Source: an uncultured bacterium (GTDB lineage Bacteria; Zixibacteria; MSB-5A5; GN15; FEB-12). From it: a DNA stretch of 64,000 nucleotides. Made by a program: the position numbers and the translations under genes. Below are positions 41,165 through 51,064 of the stretch, piece by piece; position 1 is the first letter of the stretch; each line of letters begins with the position of its first letter. The stretch is from positions 43,723 through 107,722 of the forward strand of contig CBDVDR010000011.1 in NCBI GenBank assembly GCA_965372795.1, written 5' to 3'. Under the pieces are notes generated by a model. The model worked only from the letters and a program-made list of their open reading frames with translations, searched no databases and had not been told where the DNA came from.

Positions 41165-41192
41165 TAAAGTAACTGAACTCGAAAGCCGATAA
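41165..41192 (+). promoter_or_regulatory. Putative sigma28 promoter upstream of the lytic transglycosylase
   Basis: TAAA-N16-GCCGATAA. Confidence 0.55.
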
Positions 41193-41219
41193 TTCGTTAT
41201 AAGAACAAACAAGGAGTTT

Positions 41220-43496
41220 TTGAAAAATATGAATGTATTGAGACAGATTTTTATTGTTATAATCGCCTTATCTCTTTTGAGTTGCGCCCCCAGTCAAAAA
41301 ATGACATCACCTGATATCTATGGAAATAAACCAGCTAAAACAAAAGTTGAAGATTCTAAAATAGATTCAAATAATACTGATTCCTCAGATTCTTCTATCG
41401 AGACCAAAGATGAACAGGTTTCAATCCCGGTTGATAAAGAAAAAGAAAAAGAATTTTCAGTATTTGACCTTCCAAAGAAAAAGAATACTAAAGCAGAAAA
41501 ACCCAAAAAGCATGCGCATCATACCCACGCAGAAGCTATCCCATTAAGCGTCTTTAGTGAAGCCTATACCGATCTTGATGATTCTGCTGAAGCTGTTGAT
41601 GATTTTATCTGGCGTCAATTTGAATTATCAGAAGAATATCATGCCATGGGAGTATTAGCTAATCGTGAAGCAAGTTGGGAAGAGGCTCAGTATTACTTTG
41701 AAAAGTCATTGAAAATTCTTGCTAATCTGGATATCGAAACTGACTCATCTCTAACTCCTGAAGCTGTTAAATATACTGAAATACTTGATAATTTAGTTTC
41801 CGATTACAGGGTTACGCTCAGATCGCTGGGGACTCTTACAGAGGAAGTTTCAATGTCTGTATTAGTCGAACGGTTTGGCGATTTGGCTAATCGGTTTGAT
41901 GTTGATACTCTGCAGGTCTTCAACAGGGAATTACAAAAAAAACGTACTTATGATCTTCCGATTGTAATGAACGATCGGGTGAAGAAATCAATCGTATATT
42001 TCCAAACTGTCGCAAAAGAAGCTTTCAAAAAATATCTGCGTCGTTCAAAAAAATATAAAAATTTGATGTTAACTACTATCCGAAAACATGGTTTACCTGA
42101 GGACTTGATTTATCTCTCTTTAGTTGAGTCAGGATACAATCCTCATGCATATTCATGGGCAAGAGCAATGGGATTATGGCAGTTTATCTCTTCAACCGGT
42201 AAAAGCTATGGCTTAAATAGAAACTGGTGGATGGATGAGCGCAAAGATCCGGTAAAGTCAACTGATGCTGCCTGTCGATTCTTAAAAGATTTATATAATC
42301 AGTTTGGTTCCTGGGAACTCGCCATGGCTGCCTACAACGGCGGACCGGGCCGGGTAAGAAGAACGATTAAAAAACAGAAAACTATCGATTTCTGGAAAAT
42401 GAAATTAAAACGGCAAACAATGGATTATGTCCCGCTGATTATGGCAGCAACTGTTATTGCCAAAGACCCGGAATATTATGGATTTACTGAAAATATATTT
42501 GAACCCGAAATTGTTTGGGATGAAGTATTAATCGACCGTTGTCTTGATCTTAAAGTAGTCGCCAAGGAACTCGGTTGCACCCTTAAAAAGTTAAAAGAAT
42601 TAAATCCTGAGCTATTGAGAAACTATACTCCGCCTAATACAAAAAAATATTCTTTAAAAATTCCGAAGGGTGATAGCAAGAAATTTATGGCTGCTTTAGA
42701 TAAGATGCCATCCCCCCAAGAGACAAGCTGGGTTAGACATAAAATCAAAAAAGGTGAAGCTGTCAGTACGATTGCTTCTAAATACGGTGTTTCACAATAT
42801 GCTATATTTGAAGCTAATAATTTAAAACGAACTTCTCGTATCTATGCCGGTAAAGAAATTATTGTACCGGTTCCTCTTGATCGGAACTATAATCGGAAGG
42901 CACGCAAAAAGAACTATAATGATTATGAAGCCAAAAAATCAATGTATATTGTGCGATCCGGCGACACTATGTGGGATATTGCCAGGGCATTCGGTACCTC
43001 AGTTAGTGACTTAAGAAGAATCAATTATATTGAGCGCGGTTCAAGAATTTATGTCGGACAAAAAATGAAAATTCCGACCAGTGCCAAGAATCTTAAGAAT
43101 AAAACAGCTAAATCTAAAAAAGTATATGCATCAAACAGCTCTGGAAATAGTAGCAATAAATCAAATTCCTCAAGTGGAAATTCGACTAAGACTACTAATT
43201 ATGTTGTTAAATCCGGAGATACTCTTTGGGATATAGCTCGTAAGTTTGGCACAACAACCGGTAAAATCCGTAATTTAAATGCTCTTGGGCGTTCCAGTCG
43301 AATTTACCCAGGACAAAAACTTACTGTATCCGGAACGACACCTAACTATATCGTTCATAAAGTAAAACGGGGTGAATCGCTTAGTCGCATTGCCCGCAGA
43401 TACCAAACATCGATTTCAAGAATTATGGCAAATAATGGTTTAACCAATCCGAATCAACTTCAGGTTGGGAAATCTCTTAAAATTTATATGAAATAA
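41220..43496 (+). CDS. MltD-like lipoprotein lytic transglycosylase with multiple LysM domains
   Basis: Lipobox LLSC; LVESGYNP, GLWQFI, AAYNGG; four clear C-terminal LysM repeats. Confidence 0.92.
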   Translation: MKNMNVLRQIFIVIIALSLLSCAPSQKMTSPDIYGNKPAKTKVEDSKIDSNNTDSSDSSIETKDEQVSIPVDKEKEKEFSVFDLPKKKNTKAEKPKKHAHHTHAEAIPLSVFSEAYTDLDDSAEAVDDFIWRQFELSEEYHAMGVLANREASWEEAQYYFEKSLKILANLDIETDSSLTPEAVKYTEILDNLVSDYRVTLRSLGTLTEEVSMSVLVERFGDLANRFDVDTLQVFNRELQKKRTYDLPIVMNDRVKKSIVYFQTVAKEAFKKYLRRSKKYKNLMLTTIRKHGLPEDLIYLSLVESGYNPHAYSWARAMGLWQFISSTGKSYGLNRNWWMDERKDPVKSTDAACRFLKDLYNQFGSWELAMAAYNGGPGRVRRTIKKQKTIDFWKMKLKRQTMDYVPLIMAATVIAKDPEYYGFTENIFEPEIVWDEVLIDRCLDLKVVAKELGCTLKKLKELNPELLRNYTPPNTKKYSLKIPKGDSKKFMAALDKMPSPQETSWVRHKIKKGEAVSTIASKYGVSQYAIFEANNLKRTSRIYAGKEIIVPVPLDRNYNRKARKKNYNDYEAKKSMYIVRSGDTMWDIARAFGTSVSDLRRINYIERGSRIYVGQKMKIPTSAKNLKNKTAKSKKVYASNSSGNSSNKSNSSSGNSTKTTNYVVKSGDTLWDIARKFGTTTGKIRNLNALGRSSRIYPGQKLTVSGTTPNYIVHKVKRGESLSRIARRYQTSISRIMANNGLTNPNQLQVGKSLKIYMK

Positions 43497-43506
43497 GGAT
43501 TACAAA

Positions 43507-44409
43507 ATGGCAAAGAAAAGGGATGTTATTGTTGCTGTTGTAATCTCAGTAGGGTTTTTCATCGCCCTCGGTATAATGGGATTGTTTTTTATCGGCTTGA
43601 TGTCCGGTGACGGTGATTATGATATTGCCGGATTTGGTGAAAAGATCGGCATAGTTGAAATGTATGGCATCATGGATGAAATCTCGGGACGACCGGTTGT
43701 AAAACAAGTAGACAAATGGGCTGACAATAATTCTATCAAGGCTATAATTGTTCATATCAATACTCCGGGTGGGGGAGTTGCCATCTCGCAAGAGATATAT
43801 AATTCTTTAAAAAATGCCAGTGAGAAAAAACCGATTGTTGCCGCCATGAGTTCTGTTGCCGCATCCGGAGGTTATTATATCGCTTGTGCCGCTGATAGAA
43901 TCATCGCTAATCCGGGAACCGTAACCGGTTCAATCGGAGTAATATTTCAATTCAACACTTTTGAAAAACTCATGGATAAAGTTGGAGTAGGAATTGAAAC
44001 TATAAAGTCGGGGGAATTAAAAGATGTTGGAAATTATTCCCGCTCAATGACTAAAAAAGAAGAGCTTATGCTTCGCTCTGTTGTTATGGATACTTACGAA
44101 CAATTTGTTGCAGCCGTTGCTGAAGGTCGCGGAATGGATCCTGAGGCGATTTACCCTTTAGCAGATGGTTCAATATTTACCGGTCTCCAAGCTCTTAATT
44201 TGGGTTTGATTGACACTTTAGGTGGTCTCAATGAGGCTATTGACCTTGCCGCCGAATTAGCCGAAATAAAGGGAAAACCAAGCATAGTGCGCCCATACAA
44301 GCGTAAAAAGGTCGGTTTATTTGATCTTATGGAAAGTTTGCTTATAAAATTAGATAGAAAATTCGATAATTCTGTAACGGGACCTGAGTTGCTGTTTTTG
44401 TATAAATAG
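43507..44409 (+). CDS. sppA: Signal peptide peptidase SppA (36K type)
   Basis: INTPGG, AASGGYYIA, TGSIGV. Confidence 0.95.
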   Translation: MAKKRDVIVAVVISVGFFIALGIMGLFFIGLMSGDGDYDIAGFGEKIGIVEMYGIMDEISGRPVVKQVDKWADNNSIKAIIVHINTPGGGVAISQEIYNSLKNASEKKPIVAAMSSVAASGGYYIACAADRIIANPGTVTGSIGVIFQFNTFEKLMDKVGVGIETIKSGELKDVGNYSRSMTKKEELMLRSVVMDTYEQFVAAVAEGRGMDPEAIYPLADGSIFTGLQALNLGLIDTLGGLNEAIDLAAELAEIKGKPSIVRPYKRKKVGLFDLMESLLIKLDRKFDNSVTGPELLFLYK

Positions 44410-44586
44410 CAAATAATTGAAAAAAACATAAAAAAAATGAAGATTTTATGATTTTTTCCTTTTCTTCCTTTGAAAAATTCCGTATCATAACGAATCACAA
44501 AGGGTTACCTCACCACCCGGTGAAGTATCTCTTTTATGAATTGAAAAAAATATAGGAATATTAATAAATAGCCAGGAGAGGTAGTC

Positions 44587-44871
44587 GTGACGAAAGCTGA
44601 TTTGGTCGAAAAAGTAGCCGAAAAGACCGGCCTCACCAGAACCGATGTGGCCGTGGTAGTTGATTCATTTCTTGACACGGTTAAAAAATCGCTTGAAGGC
44701 GGTCATAATATCGAGATCAGAGGTTTTGGTACTTTCAAAGTTAAGTTACGTAAAGCTCGTAAAGCACGTAATCCCCGGACTGGGGAAGTTGTTCCGGTTC
44801 CAGACAGAAAAGTACCTGTCTTTAAACCGTCGAATGAGTTTAAGAACATGATTACAAAGTTGGCTATCTAA
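44587..44871 (+). CDS. hup: HU/IHF-family DNA-binding protein
   Basis: MTKADLV, IRGFGTF, ARNPRTGE. Confidence 0.95.
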   Translation: MTKADLVEKVAEKTGLTRTDVAVVVDSFLDTVKKSLEGGHNIEIRGFGTFKVKLRKARKARNPRTGEVVPVPDRKVPVFKPSNEFKNMITKLAI

Positions 44872-44888
44872 CAGATAGTGGAGGATTG

Positions 44889-44984
44889 ATGCCAAGCGGA
44901 AAGAAACGCAAACGCCAGAAGATTAAAACACATAAGCGTAAAAAGCGTAGACGCGCCAACCGTCATAAAAAGAAAAATAAATAG
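44889..44984 (+). CDS. 30S ribosomal protein bS22 (AURKAIP1/COX24-like), 31 aa, absent from ORF track
   Basis: GGAGG RBS; MPSGKKRKRQKIKTHKRKKRRRANRHKKKNK. Confidence 0.9.
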   Translation: MPSGKKRKRQKIKTHKRKKRRRANRHKKKNK

Positions 44985-45130
44985 GTAATGCCTATTGGAA
45001 TTTATTATTCACAATATGAGAAATAATTTCCATTTTAAAAAACCGGGAGGAGTAAGCCTCGTTTTATTTTAGATGTATGCTTTACTAAGCTGTTGAACAG
45101 CACAACAATACCCGTTTATTAAAAAGTTTG

Positions 45131-45159
45131 ATGCCCGTTGCAAAACGGGCATTTTTTTT
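45131..45159 (+). terminator. Rho-independent terminator
   Basis: atgcccgtt-gcaa-aacgggcat followed by a T run. Confidence 0.85.
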
Positions 45160-45174
45160 GCCTTACTATTAATA

Positions 45175-48100
45175 GTGAAAACAATTAGTAGTAAAATTAT
45201 TGCTCTTCTATTAGTAGTCTCTGTTTTGTTTCACATTGGCGAAACAGTTGAATTGGAAGACTTTAAAGTGAACAGCGATATCACATCCCTGCCACAGACT
45301 AACCCGAGGATCGCTGTAAGCGGTGATCGTAGTTTTGTAATTACGTGGGTTGATCGCCGTAGTGGAAATGCTGAAATCTATATCCAAAAGTATTCTGTTA
45401 ATGGATCTCAGGTAGGGTCAAATCGAAAAATTAATGATGACCTGAACAATGCTTACCAATCTGATCCTGCTATAGGAATTGATCTTTTCGGCAGATATTC
45501 ATTAACCTGGCTTGATTATCGCGATGGAGCTTATCCAACCAGTCCGAATATATATTTTCAAGGTTTTGATTCGTTAGTCTCAGAAGCAGGCAGTAATCAG
45601 AATTTTACAGATGTGTCAATTACATCTATTAAGGAATCGCCCGATATTTCAATCTCTCAGCAAGGGGATGGGGTTGTTGTTTGGGCGGACAATCGTGATG
45701 GTAATTGGGATGTGTTTGGGCAGCTATTTACATTTGATGGAACTTTGATCGGTGTAAATTTCTTAATCAACGATGATACCGTAAGAGCACAACAACATGC
45801 TCCAAAAGTTTCAATGGCTCCTGAAGGCTGGTTCGTTGTAACCTGGTATGACAATAGAAATGACAGCACCGGCGATGATATATTTATCCAGCGGTTTGAT
45901 AAATTTGCTAACAAAATTGATGTTAACACAAAGGTAACAGAAGATGAAACGTTAACCCGTCAAGCTTTCCCGGATGTTTCAGCCGATGGTTCAGGACATT
46001 TTACCGTTGTATGGGTTGACTGGAGGCTTGGGAATTATCCCGATAATCCGGAAATCTTTTCAAGAAGATACGACACCTCGTTGGTTCCACTCACCGATGA
46101 AATTTTGATAAACAATGACAGCACCAATAGTGCCCAGCGGGAAGCTGTGATTTCAGCTGATAGAATGGGGAATGTTGCTATTATTTGGGCGGATTCAACC
46201 GAAAATTCGTGGGATATCATCGGCCAAATGATTGATGTTGATGGAAATGTTAGAGATACAAATTTCCAGGCAAACAGTTATAAAGATTCTTCACAGTTTG
46301 ATCCTGATGTTGCTTTGGACGGTACCTATCGCTATGTAACCTGGTCTGATAAAAGAAATGGTAACTTTGATATTTATGCTTCTGTCACAAAATATAATGA
46401 TCCGACAATAATAGCGACACCTCAAACAATAATATTTGAAATGCCCATTGGCGGTCCGCTCCCGTTACCAATTGAGTTGGAGGTAGATCATGGCGGTTTT
46501 AATAATCTCGGTTTTGTGATTACCGGCGGAGATGATTGGTTAACTGTTTTACCTCGTGAAGGTACAACTCCGGACACAATATTATTATCGGTAAATACAA
46601 CTTCAATAGACTATGGAACCTATCAAACAGCATTAACAATCGTTGATACAATCAACAATGACTCATCAGCGATAGTAATTGTAGAACTAAAAATTGTTTC
46701 ACCTGAGTTATCGGTTACACCGGACAGTTTATATTTTAAAGCCTTTTACGGGATGAATAATAGCCAGAGTCAACTAATCAGTATTCTTAACTTGGGTACC
46801 GGCAGTTTAAATTGGAATGCCAATAGTCTGGATCCCTGGTTGAATCTTTCGGAAACTTCTGGTATCGCACCATCAAATATTGAAATCTCAACTGATATTA
46901 TCGGATTGGATACCGGCCTACATATTAGTGAAATAGTTTTTGAGGCTGGAGGAATTATCGGTAAAGATACAATTTCGGTTGTACTGGAAGTTTTTCCAAA
47001 CCATCCTGTCATCGCTGTCACTCCGGATTCTATTTATGCCGAAGTTTTCAATAGAAATCTGCCTGATTTAAATCTGATAATCAGTAACGAGGGGACAGGA
47101 AATCTAAACTGGGTGGCTGAGTCAAATAAGGATTGGTTATCATTAAGCAGGTTAAGCGGGGGCGATGGTGATCAAATAATTTTAACTTTGGATTCATTAT
47201 CAATTCCAACAGGATTAAATATTGCCGAAATCAAAATATTGGATACTGCCTCGATCAATGATTCAGTATTAATCCCGGTAGTAATTAATTGGATTGAACA
47301 ATCACAACTCAAAGTGACGCCTAATTATTTCGACTTATTTTCTTTTCTTCAGCCGCTACAAGATACTTTTACAATTGTAACCAATTCCGGGGTCGGGTTT
47401 CTAAACTGGGAAGCTCAGGCGTCGGTGCCGTGGCTCATGGTAACTTCAAATGGGATGGCTAATGACACTCTGTTTATCTCAACCACAGATCCAAATTTAG
47501 CATTGGGAGAATACACAGCAACAATTGAAATTACCGATGCGACAGCCGTCAATAGTCCCATCGTAATTCCGTTTATTTTCAATTTGCACGATAAACCGGA
47601 GATTTTTACAATTGATCAAGCTATTGAAATTATTACCAGTGAGCCTTCATTGGTAGACACCTTTGTTGTGATTGAAAACAGGGGTGGGGCAAATTTAATG
47701 TGGCAGGCGTCTACTCAAAATTCCTGGATGAATGTTTCACCCTCCAATGGCGTTGATAATGATACTCTTTATATTAGATTAAATAACAATGATTTGAATA
47801 TTGGTGAATATAACGGAGTAATCAGTATCACAGACAATTCAGCTATAAATTCACCATACTTCGTCAATGTTTCTTTAACGATACTTGATATTCCAATCCT
47901 GCCAAACAGTATAGATACAGTTATAATCGAATCTGTTCAAATTCAACCATTTGAACCAACCAAAATTAGAATCAGTCTCAACCTTACCAACGAATATACA
48001 GAGCTAAGTCTGCCGTTAGAATATGACGAAGAAGTCATACAAATTGACTCATTATTGTTTAGCGATGACATTATAGCCGTGCCATCCGATTTAAGCTACA

Positions 48101-48648
48101 ACACTTCTGAATCAGATCGCTTAATTATTCAATTAACAACTAATGAACAAAACAACTATTTTAATCCCGGTATTTATTTTCTATGTGATATTTGGGTAAC
48201 GGCAAATATATTTGAAGGATTATCTGTCTTTAATGCGATAGTAGAAAATCAACTTAGTCCATATCTAATTACGCCGTTGAATGACACTGTTGATCTCGAA
48301 GTGATATCGGGTGAAGTTACAAGTAACATTCCGACCGCCGTTGAAGATGATTTGCTAACAAATTTACCCTATGAATTTTCACTTAAACAAAATTATCCAA
48401 ACCCTTTCAATAGTGAAACTATTATCAGTTTTGAATTATCACAGTCCGGTGATTTAACTCTTGAAATTTTCAATGTTTTGGGACAGAATATTAGGCAATT
48501 TCAGCAGTTTGGCATATCTCCCGGAACTCATGTGATCAATTGGGATGGGCGATATCAATCCGGACGTCAGGCTCCATCAGGTATCTATTTCTATCGACTT
48601 CAGTCAAATGGCTATCAAGCAGTCAAAAAAATGATCTTCTTAAAGTAA
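45175..48648 (+). CDS. Secreted protein: propeller-like repeats, BACON-like repeats, cohesin-like domain and T9SS type-A CTD
   Basis: Repeated FVVTW.D.R.G..DI..Q units; repeated G.G.LNW.A...WL units; CTD QNYPNPFN..SGIYFYRL..KKMIFLK. Confidence 0.82.
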   Translation: MKTISSKIIALLLVVSVLFHIGETVELEDFKVNSDITSLPQTNPRIAVSGDRSFVITWVDRRSGNAEIYIQKYSVNGSQVGSNRKINDDLNNAYQSDPAIGIDLFGRYSLTWLDYRDGAYPTSPNIYFQGFDSLVSEAGSNQNFTDVSITSIKESPDISISQQGDGVVVWADNRDGNWDVFGQLFTFDGTLIGVNFLINDDTVRAQQHAPKVSMAPEGWFVVTWYDNRNDSTGDDIFIQRFDKFANKIDVNTKVTEDETLTRQAFPDVSADGSGHFTVVWVDWRLGNYPDNPEIFSRRYDTSLVPLTDEILINNDSTNSAQREAVISADRMGNVAIIWADSTENSWDIIGQMIDVDGNVRDTNFQANSYKDSSQFDPDVALDGTYRYVTWSDKRNGNFDIYASVTKYNDPTIIATPQTIIFEMPIGGPLPLPIELEVDHGGFNNLGFVITGGDDWLTVLPREGTTPDTILLSVNTTSIDYGTYQTALTIVDTINNDSSAIVIVELKIVSPELSVTPDSLYFKAFYGMNNSQSQLISILNLGTGSLNWNANSLDPWLNLSETSGIAPSNIEISTDIIGLDTGLHISEIVFEAGGIIGKDTISVVLEVFPNHPVIAVTPDSIYAEVFNRNLPDLNLIISNEGTGNLNWVAESNKDWLSLSRLSGGDGDQIILTLDSLSIPTGLNIAEIKILDTASINDSVLIPVVINWIEQSQLKVTPNYFDLFSFLQPLQDTFTIVTNSGVGFLNWEAQASVPWLMVTSNGMANDTLFISTTDPNLALGEYTATIEITDATAVNSPIVIPFIFNLHDKPEIFTIDQAIEIITSEPSLVDTFVVIENRGGANLMWQASTQNSWMNVSPSNGVDNDTLYIRLNNNDLNIGEYNGVISITDNSAINSPYFVNVSLTILDIPILPNSIDTVIIESVQIQPFEPTKIRISLNLTNEYTELSLPLEYDEEVIQIDSLLFSDDIIAVPSDLSYNTSESDRLIIQLTTNEQNNYFNPGIYFLCDIWVTANIFEGLSVFNAIVENQLSPYLITPLNDTVDLEVISGEVTSNIPTAVEDDLLTNLPYEFSLKQNYPNPFNSETIISFELSQSGDLTLEIFNVLGQNIRQFQQFGISPGTHVINWDGRYQSGRQAPSGIYFYRLQSNGYQAVKKMIFLK

Positions 48649-48746
48649 ATTCGCAATTTAATTCAATTAATAATGCATAAAAAGTAACTTTTACCCACAT
48701 TTACCGTACTTAAAAGCAGATTAAATGCATTCTTTGAGGAGGAAAG

Positions 48747-49979
48747 ATGAGACATATCAAATTTCTTACAATTGTCCTAGCCGGAATTTTGCTAATTGCG
48801 GCTTTCTCTTATGCCAAGGATAATGGAAGAATTTATGGAAAAATAACAACCGTTGATGGAGATACCTTTAAAGGTCCAATTCGGTGGGATAAAAATGAAG
48901 GCAATTGGGTTGATGTACTCGATGGCACCAAAGAAATGGACCGTCGCGATAGAAGAAGTAAGAGAAAATATAGCCGGAGAAGATCCAATTTTGAAATATT
49001 CGGTATTTCAGTTGGAACCGGAGGGTCGGTTTATTATTCAGGTAATGCTCAATCAGGAATCAGATTTGGTCATATTGAAAAGCTTGAAGTGCTGGATGAT
49101 AATAGCGCTATGTTATATTTGAAAAGCGGCGAACAAGTTGAGATGTATAACGGTTCAACCGACATTGGTACTTCGATTCGTGAGATAGTTATTGAAGATG
49201 AAAACGAAGGTGAAATTGAACTGGTTTGGGACGATATCGAAATGATTGAATTCTCAGATTCTGATGATAATTTCAATTCTGTCTTTGGCGATCGACTATA
49301 CGGGACTCTAACAACCAGACGCGGTGATGAATTTACAGGTTTTATTTGCTGGGATGTTGATGAGCTATTTTATAATGATATTCTTGATGGTGACAATAAA
49401 GGACGATCACGTAAAATTAAATTCGGTAAAATTGACACTATTGAACGTTATAGCTCAAGCGGTGCCACGGTTATTCTTAAAAATGGTGATGATTTGTTGC
49501 TCAAAGGAACCAATGATGTTAATGAATCCAATAGCGGTATAATCGTATCTGATCCTTCTTTTGGTCAAATTATTGTTAAATGGAATGAATTTGATAATGT
49601 TAAATTTTATGAACCTTCTGAAAAAATTAAATATTCTCAATTTGACGGCGGAAAACCTCTTAAGGGTACTGTATATACAGAAGATGGCGATGAATTCACT
49701 GGAAGAATCAGATGGGACGACGATGAAGAATACACTTGGGAACTCCTTGATGGCAATTTCAGGAAGATCGCTTTTGATATAGAATTTGGTAAGATTAAAT
49801 CAATCGAAAAACGTTCTTATAAATCATCAATAGTTACTGTTTTGGATGGAAGAAGTTTCAGACTTAGCGGTTCTAATGATGTTGATGATGACAATAAGGG
49901 AATTATTATCTTTCTTGATGATGGAGAAGAGATTGAGATTGATTGGGATGATTTTGAAAAAGTGGAATTTGATAATTAA
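48747..49979 (+). CDS. Exported protein with three ~120-aa internal repeats
   Basis: Signal peptide; three copies of G...T..GD.F.G.I.WD..E....LDG; GAGGAGG RBS. Confidence 0.8.
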   Translation: MRHIKFLTIVLAGILLIAAFSYAKDNGRIYGKITTVDGDTFKGPIRWDKNEGNWVDVLDGTKEMDRRDRRSKRKYSRRRSNFEIFGISVGTGGSVYYSGNAQSGIRFGHIEKLEVLDDNSAMLYLKSGEQVEMYNGSTDIGTSIREIVIEDENEGEIELVWDDIEMIEFSDSDDNFNSVFGDRLYGTLTTRRGDEFTGFICWDVDELFYNDILDGDNKGRSRKIKFGKIDTIERYSSSGATVILKNGDDLLLKGTNDVNESNSGIIVSDPSFGQIIVKWNEFDNVKFYEPSEKIKYSQFDGGKPLKGTVYTEDGDEFTGRIRWDDDEEYTWELLDGNFRKIAFDIEFGKIKSIEKRSYKSSIVTVLDGRSFRLSGSNDVDDDNKGIIIFLDDGEEIEIDWDDFEKVEFDN

Positions 49980-50006
49980 CTAATTAAGCTAATCGTGTCA
50001 TTTAAT

Positions 50007-50067
50007 AAAACGTCGAATCATCGGCGTTTTTTTTATATAAAAAAAACCCCGAAAAATCGGGGTTTTT
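50007..50067. terminator. Tandem/bidirectional terminators between convergent genes
   Basis: aaaacgtcga-atca-tcggcgtttttttt and aaaaaccccga-aaaa-tcggggttttt. Confidence 0.85.
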
Positions 50068-50090
50068 AATATTACAAATCATTTATTTAC

Positions 50091-50993
50091 TTACTGTAAA
50101 TCTTTGGCTTCTTTTAATTCCTGTAATTCTTTAATATGCTGTTTAGCCTGTGTTAACTGGGCTTTGGCTCTGGAATTTGTTTTTGCAATTTTCACAAAAT
50201 CCTGCCAAGCAGAAATATTAACACCGACATTATCGGGGTCGTTTGATTCAACTGCGATAGCATAGTTATAAGCGGCAAGATACTTTTTAGGGTTAGCCTT
50301 TAAAGCCGCTTTAAAAGATTTGGAAGCGCTTTTATATTTTTCCTGACCTAAATATATTTGACCAAGAGCAAAATGAGCATTGTAGTTTTTACTTTTAAGT
50401 TCAACCGATTTTTTTAATGCCGGTATCGCCTGAGCTGATTTATTTAGTTTTTGATAACCTTTGCCAAGCATAAAATAAGTCAACTGATCGCCGCCGCCTG
50501 TTTCATGGCATTTAGCTAAGGCATCAACCATTTCAGAATAATTGCGTTTATAATAATAAACTTTACCCATCTGTTTTAACAGATCACTGTTATCAGGTTT
50601 TAAAGCCAGAGCAGCTTTGAAAGATTGTTCTGCTTCAGTGTATTTTTTTAATTTTAATTCAATACTGCCAAGGTTGGAAAATGCTTCAACGTTTGAAGCA
50701 TCAATCTCAGTTGCTTTCTTAAACATATCCATGGCATTATCATATTCTTTTTGCTCAAAATAAATAGCGCCTAAATTAATATAAGGATCGACGTAACTCT
50801 GGTCTTCGCCGATAGAAGCTTTGTATGCTAATATTGCAGCGTCAATTTTGCCTTCCTGTTTTGCTTTGATACCGACATTGTAATGTTCTTTAGATTTGTT
50901 AGCATCGGCAAAGCCAGTTGATGCAATAGCCATAAGACAGAAAACAATTAAGAACAGAATCGGGGATAACCAGTTTTTTCTGGGTTCAACCAT
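50091..50993 (-). CDS. Exported TPR protein
   Basis: AAGGAG RBS before ATG at 50993; signal peptide; multiple TPRs. Confidence 0.85.
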   Translation of the reverse strand: MVEPRKNWLSPILFLIVFCLMAIASTGFADANKSKEHYNVGIKAKQEGKIDAAILAYKASIGEDQSYVDPYINLGAIYFEQKEYDNAMDMFKKATEIDASNVEAFSNLGSIELKLKKYTEAEQSFKAALALKPDNSDLLKQMGKVYYYKRNYSEMVDALAKCHETGGGDQLTYFMLGKGYQKLNKSAQAIPALKKSVELKSKNYNAHFALGQIYLGQEKYKSASKSFKAALKANPKKYLAAYNYAIAVESNDPDNVGVNISAWQDFVKIAKTNSRAKAQLTQAKQHIKELQELKEAKDLQ

Positions 50994-51064
50994 ATACACT
51001 CCTTTAATAGTATTATATATATTCATAGATTATAACGCTTTTATAAGAAATCCGTTCAGGAAAT

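Noticed and set aside
41148..41219. hfq after miaA
   Set aside because: No ORF; the 72-bp spacer holds only a promoter-like element and an RBS.
44500..44533. Imperfect hairpin in the hup leader as a riboswitch
   Set aside because: Single mismatched stem with no recognisable aptamer or expression platform.
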